Positions 18,001-27,500 of a stretch of 41,494 nt of DNA are shown here, one piece after another; positions within the stretch are counted from its first letter, which is position 1, and each line of letters begins with the position of its first letter. Source of the stretch: a bacterium (lineage in GTDB: Bacteria; Hydrothermota; Tepidihabitantia; Tepidihabitantales; Tepidihabitantaceae). A program made the translations under genes and the position numbers. Under the pieces are notes generated by a model that was not told where the DNA came from, did not search any database, and was given only the letters and a program-made list of their open reading frames with translations. The stretch covers positions 1 through 41,494 of the forward strand of contig JAWOHG010000224.1 in NCBI GenBank assembly GCA_046485245.1, read 5' to 3'.

Positions 18001-18534
18001 TGGGCCAACTGCATCAACAACACGGCCATCGCCGACGGCTTCACCAAGGTCGAGAAGATGGGCTTTCTCGATGGCACCCTGCGCTCCACGACCGGCACCA
18101 CGATGGGCAACTGGCACGCGATGGCCTCATCGGGCCCCTACGACATCGCGCCCGGCGACAGCCAGATAGTCGCCTTCGTCCTCGTCGGCGGCCGTACCGT
18201 CGCCGAGATGCAGGTCAACTCCGACACGGCCGAGCAGTGGTACAACCCGCCCACGGGTGCGAGCGAACGGGGAATCGAACCGGCACGGCTCGTGCGCTCC
18301 TTTGCGGTCAACCCGCGCATCTCTTCGGGAGCCATCACGATTCGCTACAGCCTCGAGCGCATCGCGCCGCTCCATCTCGAGCTCTTTGACGCATCCGGCC
18401 GCCAGGTCGGCCGGTACACCCACCAACCCGCCGGGCTCTCCGGCAGCGTCACCATCACGCCTGAAGGCGCAGGCCGCGGCGTGTACTTCCTGCGGGTGGG
18501 CGACCAGGCCGACAAGGTGGCGATAGCCAGGTAA
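15058..18534 (+). CDS. peptidase C25 (gingipain-like cysteine protease) with T9SS C-terminal sorting domain
   Basis: AGGAGG sits 5 nt upstream of the GTG. Signal peptide. C25 propeptide-like N-terminus. YVILGGDYQSCPVRYGY...DMYFGDIDGSWDANNNNRFGE...LYVGRLP. Catalytic HFAGHGS and TMACDCGWFDD. CTD ends ...GRGVYFLRVGDQADKVAIAR. Confidence 0.9.
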   Translation: MRSLAAVAVLFSLALGASVSTDLVVTPSAVSLAETDGYAVLDLSSLPGGTALAYQSAPGEPLLPWLSVNVVIPTGAAVEGITVVPLERRELGSYNLHPAQPMRPLSQLSGAPFVAPNPAAYASDEIFPAGPLVIAPAGNKSGWRIAGLLWCPFEYRPQSGRLTVITRARVEVRYKPGAVPVDALSESQRDFFASDVATLVANPEDVKRMAPVAVARDLPDLDVVIFTDATLAPALGGLRTWLQRKGYFTEIVRHDTLTGSGRDAPEKMRNLVRSLYAERGLKYVILGGDYQSCPVRYGYLPYSTYNVPADMYFGDIDGSWDANNNNRFGEMAGDSVDLFQDLYVGRLPLDNAAHADNFLKKDTLYELHPDTAYLDNILLPSEWLWQNIDYSGRIVNTNIARLLSGMSTWQVESALGMNSATVIAGLNVGRQHLHFAGHGSRTAFGSTFSTSNLASLNNVAKPTIAVTMACDCGWFDDANDCLGEQFINVTNGGAVATLFNARYGWGAPPCQGPNENLNCEFYRNYARGFTLGQSHGLARDFLRNESFSQMSTRWALYTNTLQGDPTMRMWRTRPSTLAVVAPDTIAASPQVLSVTVDCGDERAVGARVALTHLGQLLGRGVTDSRGIAEFPITAPNDSWTMELAVTAQDAQFWTQTVYAAGACPGPLVVLDHAWVDDPNGRLDPLEESDIYFTVRNLGAAPSDSATGYLSTLSPWVTIIDSVADYGAIASGDTAKGSAFRLAVARDCPHGHRAEMLLRVSDGTGTWHSQAGLTVGLPHPNGGLYGVLDTGNYVLSVPGNGGIGTTQWRGEGFGWVYTKNRSWTNSCLMHGGLVLGTDTAWVADNFYGAPAWQVCPQDFAVEESVRQVYPPEFGEKQFFARFTDADHPSPRSLAIDQRVYGGASLAHDDFIIYEWRIHNGGTDPVLGLHVGVACDFRTVNWNANDLNDYAGTDSARTLAYIKASPETTALGIRPIYPRGAAGWANCINNTAIADGFTKVEKMGFLDGTLRSTTGTTMGNWHAMASSGPYDIAPGDSQIVAFVLVGGRTVAEMQVNSDTAEQWYNPPTGASERGIEPARLVRSFAVNPRISSGAITIRYSLERIAPLHLELFDASGRQVGRYTHQPAGLSGSVTITPEGAGRGVYFLRVGDQADKVAIAR

Positions 18535-18557
18535 CGAAGAGAAGACTGCATCAGCGT

Positions 18558-18588
18558 CGGCGGCCCCGAACCGGGGCCGCCGGCTTTT
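18558..18588 (+). terminator. rho-independent terminator of the C25 gene
   Basis: 10-bp stem cggcggcccc/ggggccgccg with loop gaacc, followed by GCTTTTCG. Confidence 0.7.
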
Positions 18589-18619
18589 CGCCTTCGCGCC
18601 GGGACGACTCAGGGAAAGT

Positions 18620-18643
18620 TGCGGCTCCCTTTCGGGAGCCGCA
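18620..18643. other. second stable hairpin (tgcggctccc-tttc-gggagccgca)
   Basis: 10-bp stem. On the minus strand it is followed by AACTTTCCC, so it could close a minus-strand transcript from the low-GC island. Confidence 0.4.
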
Positions 18644-18659
18644 GCACTAAACCCGGGAG

Positions 18660-19205
18660 GAGAGACGGAGGGTTGCAGAACTACATATGAGGTCGACGCA
18701 GGGACATCAGTTCAACGCAGTCAGCGGGTTGCGCCGATTAGGGCGTAGTAGGTCTTGGTGTGGTGTTGATAGATGACTGCAGGGCGAGCTGAGATCGACC
18801 ACTGCGCCGACCTGATAGTCGTTGAGTACTCCGGGCCGGCAGGAGAGACCGATGGGGACCACAGAAACGCATTTTTCTTCACACCTACGCTGAATCCTGC
18901 CGGCCCGGAAAACCGCTGGACGGAGGTTACGGAGCGGTTGGCACCTGCCGTTTGATAGGCAGTGAACTTGAAGAAACCACGGACAACACTCTCGACTTTC
19001 ACCAGGACCGTAGCTGTTCAATATCCGTGCCACCACGTCCGTTGGCTGCTAAGTGCTTGATAATGCAGGGCCGAACAGCGTGCAGGCAAGCACCATCGGC
19101 TGTCGCCATCCGCCACCCCGTTGCGGGTGCTGAGACCTAACCAATTGACCTGAGTGCTGTTAAGCGATGCGACAGCAACTCCCCCGTTCTGCGCCGTAGG
19201 ACCGA
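18660..19205. ncRNA. candidate large structured RNA or foreign remnant (class unknown, strand unresolved)
   Basis: GC 48-55% in four hand-counted 60-nt windows, against about 70% in the flanks. Perfect 14-bp stem 18831-18844/18895-18908. Further helices at 18911-17/18933-39, 18945-49/18958-62 and 19155-60/19172-77. No host-like ORF. Confidence 0.3.
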
Positions 19206-19207
19206 AC

Positions 19208-19233
19208 GGCGCCGGGCCCATGCCCGGCGCCGT
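19208..19233 (-). terminator. terminator hairpin of the 19255-20187 gene
   Basis: 11-bp perfect stem cggcgccgggc/gcccggcgccg with loop ccat, 22 nt after the stop. The U-tract is weak. Confidence 0.5.
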
Positions 19234-19254
19234 ATCTGTATGTTCTTCGGTAGG

Positions 19255-20187
19255 TTACTCGTCGCCGGGCATCTGCTCGTTGGTGTGCTTGACGACATAG
19301 GGGATACCCCAGGCCGCCGAAACATAGGGCTGGGTCGTGTCGGCCAACAGGCTGCCCCAGCCTATGACGTCGATCGCCGACGCACGCACCTCGGGCCGGT
19401 CGTAGGCCTCGTCGCCGACGAGCCAGCGACGTTCGAACTGCATCGTTATCAGCCGCAGGAACGGACTGCGCCAGCGGTACGGCCACTGGCTGCGGCCGTG
19501 GTGCAGGAAGGCCCAGCAGGAGTCGCCGGTCGTGGAGGCCCAGACCGTTACCGTGACGGTGTCGTTGGGCAGGAACGTGGGCAGGTCGTCCTTGGCCAGG
19601 AGCGAGTCGGGGTCACAGAGCACAAAGACCTCACCCGAGGTCGCGGCGGCGCGGACCGAGTCGACGCGCAGCGTGTAAGGCGCGTCAAGGGTGCGGAACT
19701 CGAGTGCGGTGACGCGGCGGACGTGCCAGCCGGACCCGTCCTTGGTGAGGTACACCCGGCGGACCGCCTCGTCGCTGAACGGCTTGCGCCAGACGAGAAT
19801 CGGGTTGCCGGTCGTGTCGAACATCGTGCGCAGCTCACCGGTCACCGTCGCGGTCAGGGTCACCAGCGCGGTCGTGTCGGGGTACCCGGGGTACGCCGGT
19901 ATCTGGACGTCGTAGTTGCGGGATACGCCGCCGCGCGGCACGTAGCGACGGAAGCGGACAAACGGTATCCACTGTCCGACATCGCCGACGTCACCAGCGC
20001 CGCCGGGCTGGAGCGTCGAGTCAGTTGCACCGTAGGCACGGTCCTGGTCTTCACTGGTGTATCCCGAACTGGCCAGCAGACGGGATATCTCGTCACGGTC
20101 GCGGTTCGCGCCCAACCGGCCGCAGCCGACCAGGGCGACGGCAAGCGCGGCGAGCGCAGTCATGGTCAGTACCGGTGCACGGTTCAC
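19255..20187 (-). CDS. hypothetical lipoprotein (310 aa)
   Basis: GTG start with GGAGGA 5 nt upstream. Lipobox ALVGC. Strong GC3 bias. No recognisable domain. Confidence 0.75.
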   Translation of the reverse strand: MNRAPVLTMTALAALAVALVGCGRLGANRDRDEISRLLASSGYTSEDQDRAYGATDSTLQPGGAGDVGDVGQWIPFVRFRRYVPRGGVSRNYDVQIPAYPGYPDTTALVTLTATVTGELRTMFDTTGNPILVWRKPFSDEAVRRVYLTKDGSGWHVRRVTALEFRTLDAPYTLRVDSVRAAATSGEVFVLCDPDSLLAKDDLPTFLPNDTVTVTVWASTTGDSCWAFLHHGRSQWPYRWRSPFLRLITMQFERRWLVGDEAYDRPEVRASAIDVIGWGSLLADTTQPYVSAAWGIPYVVKHTNEQMPGDE

Positions 20188-20300
20188 GGTTGTCCTCCAT
20201 TGCGGTCGGTCCGCAGTTTGATGTCCATTGGCCGTGCGAATGCATCAACCGTGCCACTCGCGCAAGTTGTTGAAGGAACGAACCGGCTGCAAAACGGTAC

Positions 20301-20324
20301 CGGGCCGGCGATCGCCGGCCCGGC
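20301..20324 (-). terminator. rho-independent terminator of the DUF3108-like gene
   Basis: 24-nt perfect palindrome ccgggccggcgatcgccggcccgg, followed on the minus strand by TACCGTTTTGC. Confidence 0.65.
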
Positions 20325-20344
20325 GCAGTGTTGAACCAATCGGG

Positions 20345-21097
20345 TCAGCCTTGGGGCGGCGGCAGAAGCTCCATCACCTCGCGCACGTCGCCGCGCGGCG
20401 TCTCGTAACGGACCAGTCGCCGGGCGCCGGTCTTCTCGTACCAGGTCACGACGATGTACTGGCCGAGGTTCAGCAGCACCTTGTTGCAGTCGAAGGTGCC
20501 GGCCGGCACCGTCACCGTCTCCTCCCCGACCAGCGCGATCTTGCCTTCGAACAACCCGCCCCCGGCCGGCGGGCCCATCGGGTTGACGACCTTGATGTCG
20601 ACCGGCTGGTCCTTAGCCAGCTGGATGGCGCGGCCGAGGAAAATGAGCATGTCGGAATCGAACGTCCGGCCGTCGAACGGCAGCAGGCGCTGGACCTCCT
20701 CGCCGGCGGCGAAGGTCGCGATGGCCGCGGCCTCGCGCACGTAGTTGGTCGCGGTCGTGGTCAGCGCCGCGCCGACCCGGACGAACCGGAACGCGGACAG
20801 CGGTCGCAGGCTGTCACTGGTGACGTAGACGACAGAGGAGTCGATCGTCTCGATGTTGCCGTCGGCGGTGCGCGACATCAGGTCGAGCCGGAACGCCGGC
20901 CGCTCTTTGAACACGTCGCTGGAAACCGACATCATCATCATACCGGTCGGCTGGTCACCGACGCTGACCGAGTAGTAACTGGCCTCGCCGTTGGGAATCG
21001 GCGGAACCTGGACCCGAATCTCACGGCTGGTGTTGGTCCGGCCGCAGGACAGGACCGCGAACATGACTGACACGGACAGGACGAGAAGTCGCCTCAC
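20345..21097 (-). CDS. DUF3108-like lipoprotein (paralog of 14097-14888)
   Basis: GTG at 21097 with AAGGAGAG 7 nt upstream. Lipobox VLSCG. Motifs GEASYYSV, RTFDSDML, VPAGTFDC, WYEKTGARRLVRY, VMELLPP. The track ORF extends to 21157, but that extension lacks an SD. Confidence 0.75.
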   Translation of the reverse strand: MRRLLVLSVSVMFAVLSCGRTNTSREIRVQVPPIPNGEASYYSVSVGDQPTGMMMMSVSSDVFKERPAFRLDLMSRTADGNIETIDSSVVYVTSDSLRPLSAFRFVRVGAALTTTATNYVREAAAIATFAAGEEVQRLLPFDGRTFDSDMLIFLGRAIQLAKDQPVDIKVVNPMGPPAGGGLFEGKIALVGEETVTVPAGTFDCNKVLLNLGQYIVVTWYEKTGARRLVRYETPRGDVREVMELLPPPQG

Positions 21098-21366
21098 GAT
21101 GACACTCTCCTTGTGGAATTGCCGGTACAGGCTGAGCCGGAGTATAACGCCGGGCAAGGTGTTCGGTCAAGCGGGGAGGCGGCACACCCTTGGGCGGTTG
21201 ACGGGTCGCGCAGGAGCGTCACCGGCCGCAGGGTTAAAGCAAACGCTCGACACCTCGACGTGCTGGCCGACCTGGAGCGCATCAACCTGTTCTGCGCCCA
21301 GGTCGGCGCCGCCGTGCTCGCCGCCGGTTCCGCCGAACGTTCTGTGGCGTAGCGGGCCGCATCGCC

Positions 21367-21396
21367 TTGACACTCTTACCCAACCCTTACTATAAT
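21367..21396 (+). promoter_or_regulatory. consensus sigma70 promoter of the M6 metalloprotease gene
   Basis: Exact TTGACA (21367-72), 18-nt spacer, exact TATAAT (21391-96). Confidence 0.6.
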
Positions 21397-21480
21397 TATA
21401 TGTCGCCTGCGGTTACGGCGGCACGGAAGTGACGTGTGAGGGGCTGTGCGGGTCGCGCTGTGCCGGCCGGTTGCGGTACT

Positions 21481-21513
21481 GCGCTGCCCGGTGTCCGGGC
21501 AGTGCTCTTTTTC
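21481..21513 (+). terminator. intrinsic-terminator-like hairpin inside the 5' leader (attenuator candidate)
   Basis: Stem gcgctgcccgg/ccgggcagtgc (11 bp with one G-U) and loop tgt, followed by TCTTTTTC. It ends 10 nt before the GGAGGA SD of the GTG at 21532. Confidence 0.5.
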
Positions 21514-21531
21514 TGTGCGACTGGAGGAACC

Positions 21532-24500
21532 GTGAAGCGTGCAAATGCTGTTGTCCTGTTCGGCCTGGTGCTGCTCCTGACCGCCGGCGCCCTGGCGATG
21601 CCGCCCGCGCCGGGCGTGGACATCGACCTGCGGGCGTGGGCCGAGGAACGTGCCCGGCTGGGCATCGACGTCTCCAAGAACCCGGTGCGCGACGCCGGCG
21701 CCGACGGATGGGTCAACTCGCCCGGCGACGTGTCTATCCTGGTGTCCGGCACCAAGCGCTTCGTCGCCGTCACCATCCAGTACCCGGATCAGCTTCTGAC
21801 CTACGCGGCGAGCTCGTTTGCGTCGATGCTGTTCGGCACGTGGGCCTCGGGCAGCGCACGCGATTTCTACCTGGCGCAGTCCTACGGCCGGTTCAACATG
21901 ACCGGCATAGTGCTGGGCTGGTACACCTCGATCAACAACCGCGCCTACTACGGCTACGCCAGCGGGTCGCAGCGCGCCGCGATGCTGGCCAAGGAAGCCG
22001 CCCAGCGGGCTGATTCGTCGGTGAACTACGCGCTGTACGACAACGATGGCGACGGCTGGGTCGACGTGTTCACCTGCATCCACTCCGGGTACGGCCGCGA
22101 GGAATCCGGCAGCGGGCTTGACATCCACTCGCACTCCTGGAACTTCATCTCTGCCGGCATCGGCGCCTACACGACCAACGACCCCGACCCCGTGAACGGC
22201 GGCTACATCCGCATCAGCGAGTACGTCGTCGACCCGGAGCGCAGCAATTACTCCAACAACGGGACGATGGTCGGCATCGGCGTGTTCTGCCACGAGTGGG
22301 GCCACGCGCTCGGCCTGCCCGACCTCTACGACGTCTACGGCACGGGTGAGGGCGTAGGCAACTGGTCCCTGATGTCGGGCGGCTCCTGGGGCACGAACGG
22401 CAACTCGCCCTGGTTCCCCTCGTCGATGACCGCGTGGGAGAAGATGGAGCTGGGCTGGCTCAACCCGCGCGCCGTGCGCTCGCGCAGCCGCCACACGCTC
22501 GCCGCAGTCGAGAGCCTGCCCGAGGCGCTGTGGCTGATTTCGCGCAACCGGTCGTTCAAGGAGTACTGGCTGGTCGAGAACCGGTTCAAGATGCGCAACG
22601 ACACGAACATGTTCGCAAGCGGCCTGCACATCTGGCACGTCGACGACTCCATCGTCCGCGCCCGCCGCTCGTCGAACCGGATGAACTCCAACGACGGCGG
22701 CTGGCGCTACGGCGTGGCGATGGAGCAGGCCGACGGGCTCGACGAACTCTACTCCGGCGCCGACCGCGGCGACGCCAACGACCCCTGGCCCGGCGGGCTC
22801 GGCCGCGTCACGTTCGACTCCTCGACGACCCCCAACTCGCGCACCAACGGCGGCGGCGCGCTGATGTCGGGCGCCTGGGTGAAAAACATCTCGGCCGCGG
22901 GGAGGTCGATGACCTGCTCGACGTCCTCCGGCGTCACCGGCGCGTTCACCGGCGGGCCCGACGGTTTTGGCTACACCTGGATCGACTCCGACACTGCGGG
23001 CGGCCCGGCGTTCAACTTCGTCGACATCGCCTCGACCGGCCTGCGCCTGGGCGTCGGCGACGAGGCGCGCTGGCGCCTGCCCCTGCCCTTCACGTTCCGC
23101 TTCTACGGCACCAACTACGACACCTGCTGGGTGTCGACCAACGGCTGGCTGTCGTTCGGCGCCGACCCCGGCACCAACGCCGCGACCAACACCGCCCTGC
23201 CCGCCGCGGCCGCGCCTAACGCGGCGGTCTACGCCTACTGGGACGACCTCAACCTCGTCGCATCCGACTCGGCCGGCGTGTACCAGCAGACCTTCGGCAG
23301 TTCGCCCAACCGCTACACCGTGATATCGTGGGTCGACGCGCGCGTGGTCGGCTCGCCCAGCTACAAAGGCTACTACAACCAGGTCACCTTCCAGGTCGTG
23401 ATGTACGAGGACGGCCGGCTCATCGTCCAGCACAAGGACGCGGCCTGCTCCGACACGACCCGCAACTGGGGCCACAGCGCGACCGTCGGCATCGAAAACG
23501 CGGCCGGCACGGTCGGCCTGCAGTACCTCTACAACGGCGCGCCGGTCGGCAACCTGATCAACAACGTCCGCGCCGTCAGCTTCGGCACCAACGTCGACGT
23601 CGCGGTCACCGCCATCCTCGCGCCCGCCGGGATTGTCGACTCCGGCACCCCGGTCACGCCCCAGGCCCGCGTGCAGAACAACAGCTCATTTGCGGTCAGC
23701 TTCCCCGTGACGATGACCATCACCGGCGGCTACGCCAATACGCAGAACGTCACGAGCCTCGGCGCCGGCGCCTCGACCGTGGTCAGCTTCTCGGGCTGGA
23801 ACGCGGCCCCGCGCGGCGTGCTCGCAGTACGCTGCACCACCGCCGCCTCGGGCGACAACATCCGCGCCAACGACACGCTGTCCGGTTCGGTCACGGTGCG
23901 CGTGGTCGATGCAACAACGATGCGCATCGTCCAGCCGCCTTCCTCGGTCGACTCCGGGTCTGTCGTGCCGGTCACGGCCTGGGTGCGCAATAGCGGCAAC
24001 GTCGCCGCCACCTTCAACGCGCTGGCCACGATATCAGGCACGGCCTACTCCTCCAGCCGCGGCGTCATCGGCCTGGCCTCTGGCGACTCCTCCCTGCTCA
24101 CCTTCGACCCCTGGACCGCGGTCGAAATGGGCGCCCACACCGTCGCCTGCACCACCCAACTCGCCGGCGACCTCAACCGGGCCAACGACAAGGCGACCAA
24201 GAACGTCGCCGTCAGCGTCATCGACGCCGCGGCCCTGCGCATCACCGCGCCCTCCGGCACGGTCGACTCCGGCGCCATCGTCACGCCCCGCGCCTGGGTG
24301 CGCAACCTCGGCACCGCCGCCGCCACCTTCCCGGTGCTCCTGCGCATCGGCGCGTGGACAAACACGCAGAACGTCACCGCGCTCGCGCCGGGCGACTCGG
24401 TCCAGGTTAGCTTCGTCAACTGGGCCGCGACCGCACGCGGCACCTTCGTTACCGCCTGCACCACCCAGCTCGCCGGTGACGCGATATCGGCCAACAACAA

Positions 24501-27500
24501 GGCGACCGGCAGCGTCACGGTGCGCGTGCTCGACGCCCAGGCCGTTCGCATCGTCGCGCCCTCGGGCCTGCTCGACTCGGGCAACGTCGTCACCCCGCAG
24601 GCCTGGGTGCGCAACCGCGGCTCGGCCGCGGCCACCTTCCCGGTCACCTTCCGCGTCGGCGCGTTCTACACTAGCACGCAGAACGCGACCGCGCTCGCCT
24701 CGGGCGACTCAATCCTCCTGAGCTTCGCCGCCTGGAACGTCACCCAGCGCGGCACCCACGCGATGCGCTGCACCACCCAACTCGCCGGCGACGCCATCGG
24801 CGCCAACAACTACGTCGACGGCGCCATCACGGTCCGGCTGACCGACGTCGCGGCGCGGGCTGTCATCGCCCCCGCCGGCGCGCTCGACTCCGGCGCTGTC
24901 GTCACCCCCCAGGCCCGCGTGCGCAACAACGGCACCGCCGCCGCGACCTTCACCGCCACGATGCGCATCGGCGGGACCTACGTCAATACCCAGAACGTCA
25001 CCAGTCTCGCCGCCGGAGACTCGACCATCGTGAACTTCGCCAACTGGACGGCCAGCCCGCGCGGCACGTTCGCCACGCGCTGCAGCGTCTACCTTGCCGG
25101 CGACAACGTCCCGGCCAACGATGTCGTCACCGGGTCGGTAACGGTATCGGTCGTCGACGCCGGCATTCTGCGCATCGCCGCGCCCTCAGGCGCGGTCGAC
25201 TCCGGCGCGCTCATCACGCCCCAGTCCTGGGTCCGCAACTGGGGCACCGCGCCCGCGAACTTCAACGCCACCCTGCGCGTCGGCGGGACCTACACCAACA
25301 CGCAGGCGGTCACCAACCTCCCCGCCGGCGACTCCGCGCTGGTCAACTTTGCGAGTTGGACCGCCCGGCCGCGCGGCGCGCTGGCCGTGCGCTGCAGCCT
25401 GTACCTCGCGGGCGACACGCGCCGCGCCAATGACACGCTCTCCGGCTCGGTCACGGTGCGCGTAGTCGACGCCGCTGCCCTGCGTGTCGTCGCGCCGTCG
25501 GGCCTTGTCGACACCGGCGCGCTCATCACGCCCCAGGCCTGGGTCCGCAACCCGGGCACACAGACGGCCTCTTTCTCGGCATCGCTGGCCATCGTCGGCA
25601 CCGGCTACGGCAACATCCAGACCGTCACCGGGCTGGCCGCGGGTGACTCATCGCTGATCAGCTTCGCGGGCTGGACCGCCGGCCCGCGCGGGGTCCACGC
25701 GGTGCGCTGCTCGGTCACGCTCTCCGGCGACCTCAACCCGAACAACAACCTCGCCACCGGCACGGTCAACGTCCGCGCCCTCGACGTCGGCGTCACCGCC
25801 ATCCTCGCCCCGGCCGACTCGGTCGACTCCGGCTCGGTCCTGTCCCCGCAGGCGCGGGTGAAGAACTTCGGCTCGGGCACGGTCAGCTTCCCGGTCACAT
25901 TCCGCATCGGCACCGGCTACTCCAGCGTCCAGAACGTGACCAACCTCGCCTCGGGCGACTCGACGACGCTCACCTTCGCCAACTGGACCGCGGCCCAGCG
26001 CGGCACGTACGCGGTCGTCTGCACCACCGCTCTGACCGGCGACGCCTACCCGTTCAACTCCTGGCGCTCCGGCGCGGTCACGGTCCGGGTGCGCGACGCG
26101 GTGCTCGCGCGCATCGTCGCGCCCGCTGGGAACGCCGACTCGGGCCAGCCCATCCAGCCGCGCTCGGTCGTGCGCAACGCCGGCACCCAGCCGGCGAGCT
26201 TCCCGGTCACCTTCCGCATAACGCCCGGCTACACCAACACGCAGAACGTCACCGCGCTAGCGCCGGGCGACTCCGCGACCGTGACCTTCGCGTCGTGGAC
26301 CCCGCTGACCGACACCTATGACCTCGAGGTCTTCACCGCCCTGTCCGGCGACCTCCTGCCGCAGAACGACACCGCCCGCGCCCGGGTCGTCGCCGCGCCG
26401 CGGCCCGACTTCGGCGTCCTGGCGATAGTCGAGCCGTCCGGTATCTACGACGCCGGCGCGGTGATCTGGCCCTCGGCGACCTGGCGTAACTACGGCTCGC
26501 GCAACGCCCCGTTCGAGGCGTGGGTGCTCATCTCCGGCCCCGGCGGCGGCCGCGTCTACTCCTCGCGCGTCGACGTGTCCGGGCTCGCGCCCGGCGCCGA
26601 CACGACCCTGGCCGGTTTCGCGCCCTGCACGCTTGCGGTCAGCGGCTCGTGGCTGGCCAAGTGCAGCACCTGGGCCGACGGCGACGCCGACCCGGCCAAC
26701 GACGAGCAGTCAATCCTGTTCCGGGTCGAGCGCGGCTGGACCGAGCTTGAGCCGGTGCCGCTCGGCCCGTCGGGCAAGTACTGCAAGGACGGCGCGTGGC
26801 TCTCCCCGATGGCCGGCACCGGCCTGCTCTACGGCTTCAAGGGTAACGGCGTGCCCGAGTTCTACTCCTTCGACCCCGTGGGCGGGTACTGGGACAGCCT
26901 GCCCTCGCTGATGCCTGGCATCACCACCAAGCCGCCCAAGAAGGGCGCCGACGGCGTCACCGACGGCAACCGCTACGTCTACGCCGTGCGCGGCAACAAC
27001 ACGGTCGACTACTGCCGCTACGACGCGACCGGCGCGACCTGGGAACGGCTCGCCGACGTGCCCATCGGCCTATCGGGCAAGAAAGTCAAGGGTGGCGGCG
27101 ACTTCGCCTACGTCCAGCTCGGCGACTCCGGCTACGTCTACTTCCTCAAGGGCTACAACAGCGAGTTCTACCGCTACAACACCGGTTCAAACACCTGGCA
27201 GGCGCTGCCCGAGCCGCCGGCCGGCATCAAGGGACGCTGGAACCGCGGTTCCTGGCTGGTCTACGACGGCGCTTCGACGCTCTATGCCCACAAGGCGCGC
27301 TACCACGAGCTCTATTCCTTCGACATCGCGCTCGGCCAGTGGAGCCAGACCAACCACCTGACCGCGATGCCGATACCCGGCTCGGGCGGGTCGAAGAAGG
27401 CCAAGGACGGCTCGTCCGCAGCCTGGTACCGCGACGGCATCAATGCCTTCAAGGGCTCCAACACGCAGGAGTTCTGGCGCTACATCCCGGCCGAGGACCG

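Noticed and set aside
15055-18117. 535-aa and 472-aa minus-strand ORFs (15055-16662 and 16699-18117)
   Set aside because: They are antisense to the C25 peptidase gene, whose catalytic motifs and T9SS CTD are clear. These are shadow ORFs.
18781-18835. TPP-riboswitch-like words (CUGAGA ... ACCUGAU) on the plus strand
   Set aside because: The P3 hairpin between the GGG and CUGAGA elements is missing. The 3' half does not fit CUGG-AUAAUG-CCAGCG. No thiamine-related gene follows. This is probably a chance match.
18707-19036. 109-aa and 93-aa overlapping minus-strand ORFs as genes
   Set aside because: They overlap each other in different frames, lack an SD, and run through a perfect 14-bp inverted repeat. 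Their composition is unlike the host genes. I kept this as an alternative hypothesis under the low-GC island finding, not as a CDS call.
18660-19205. RNase P RNA, tmRNA or SRP RNA identity for the low-GC island
   Set aside because: On either strand I found no GGAAAGUCCGG / ACAGAACCCGGCUUA P4 pair, no tRNA-like T-arm plus CCA-proximal acceptor, no tag-peptide frame and no SRP domain IV motif. The class stays unknown.
19240-20334. 364-aa plus-strand ORF; likewise 20228-21070 (+), 27963-29027 (-), 9446-10486 (+), 35381-36397 (-), 29167-30030 (-) and 29769-30731 (-)
   Set aside because: Each lies antisense to, or out of frame with, a gene that has a signal peptide, an SD or catalytic motifs. All have the R/G/A/P/D-rich composition of non-coding frames in high-GC DNA.
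21400-21432. 10-codon mini-ORF (MSPAVTAARK) as a leader peptide for the protease leader
   Set aside because: Its ATG starts only 3 nt after the TATAAT box, so it would lie upstream of or at the transcription start. It has no SD.
21376-23475. 699-aa minus-strand ORF
   Set aside because: It is antisense to the 5' part of the M6 metalloprotease gene. Composition is V/G/A/R-rich, and it has no SD and no motifs.
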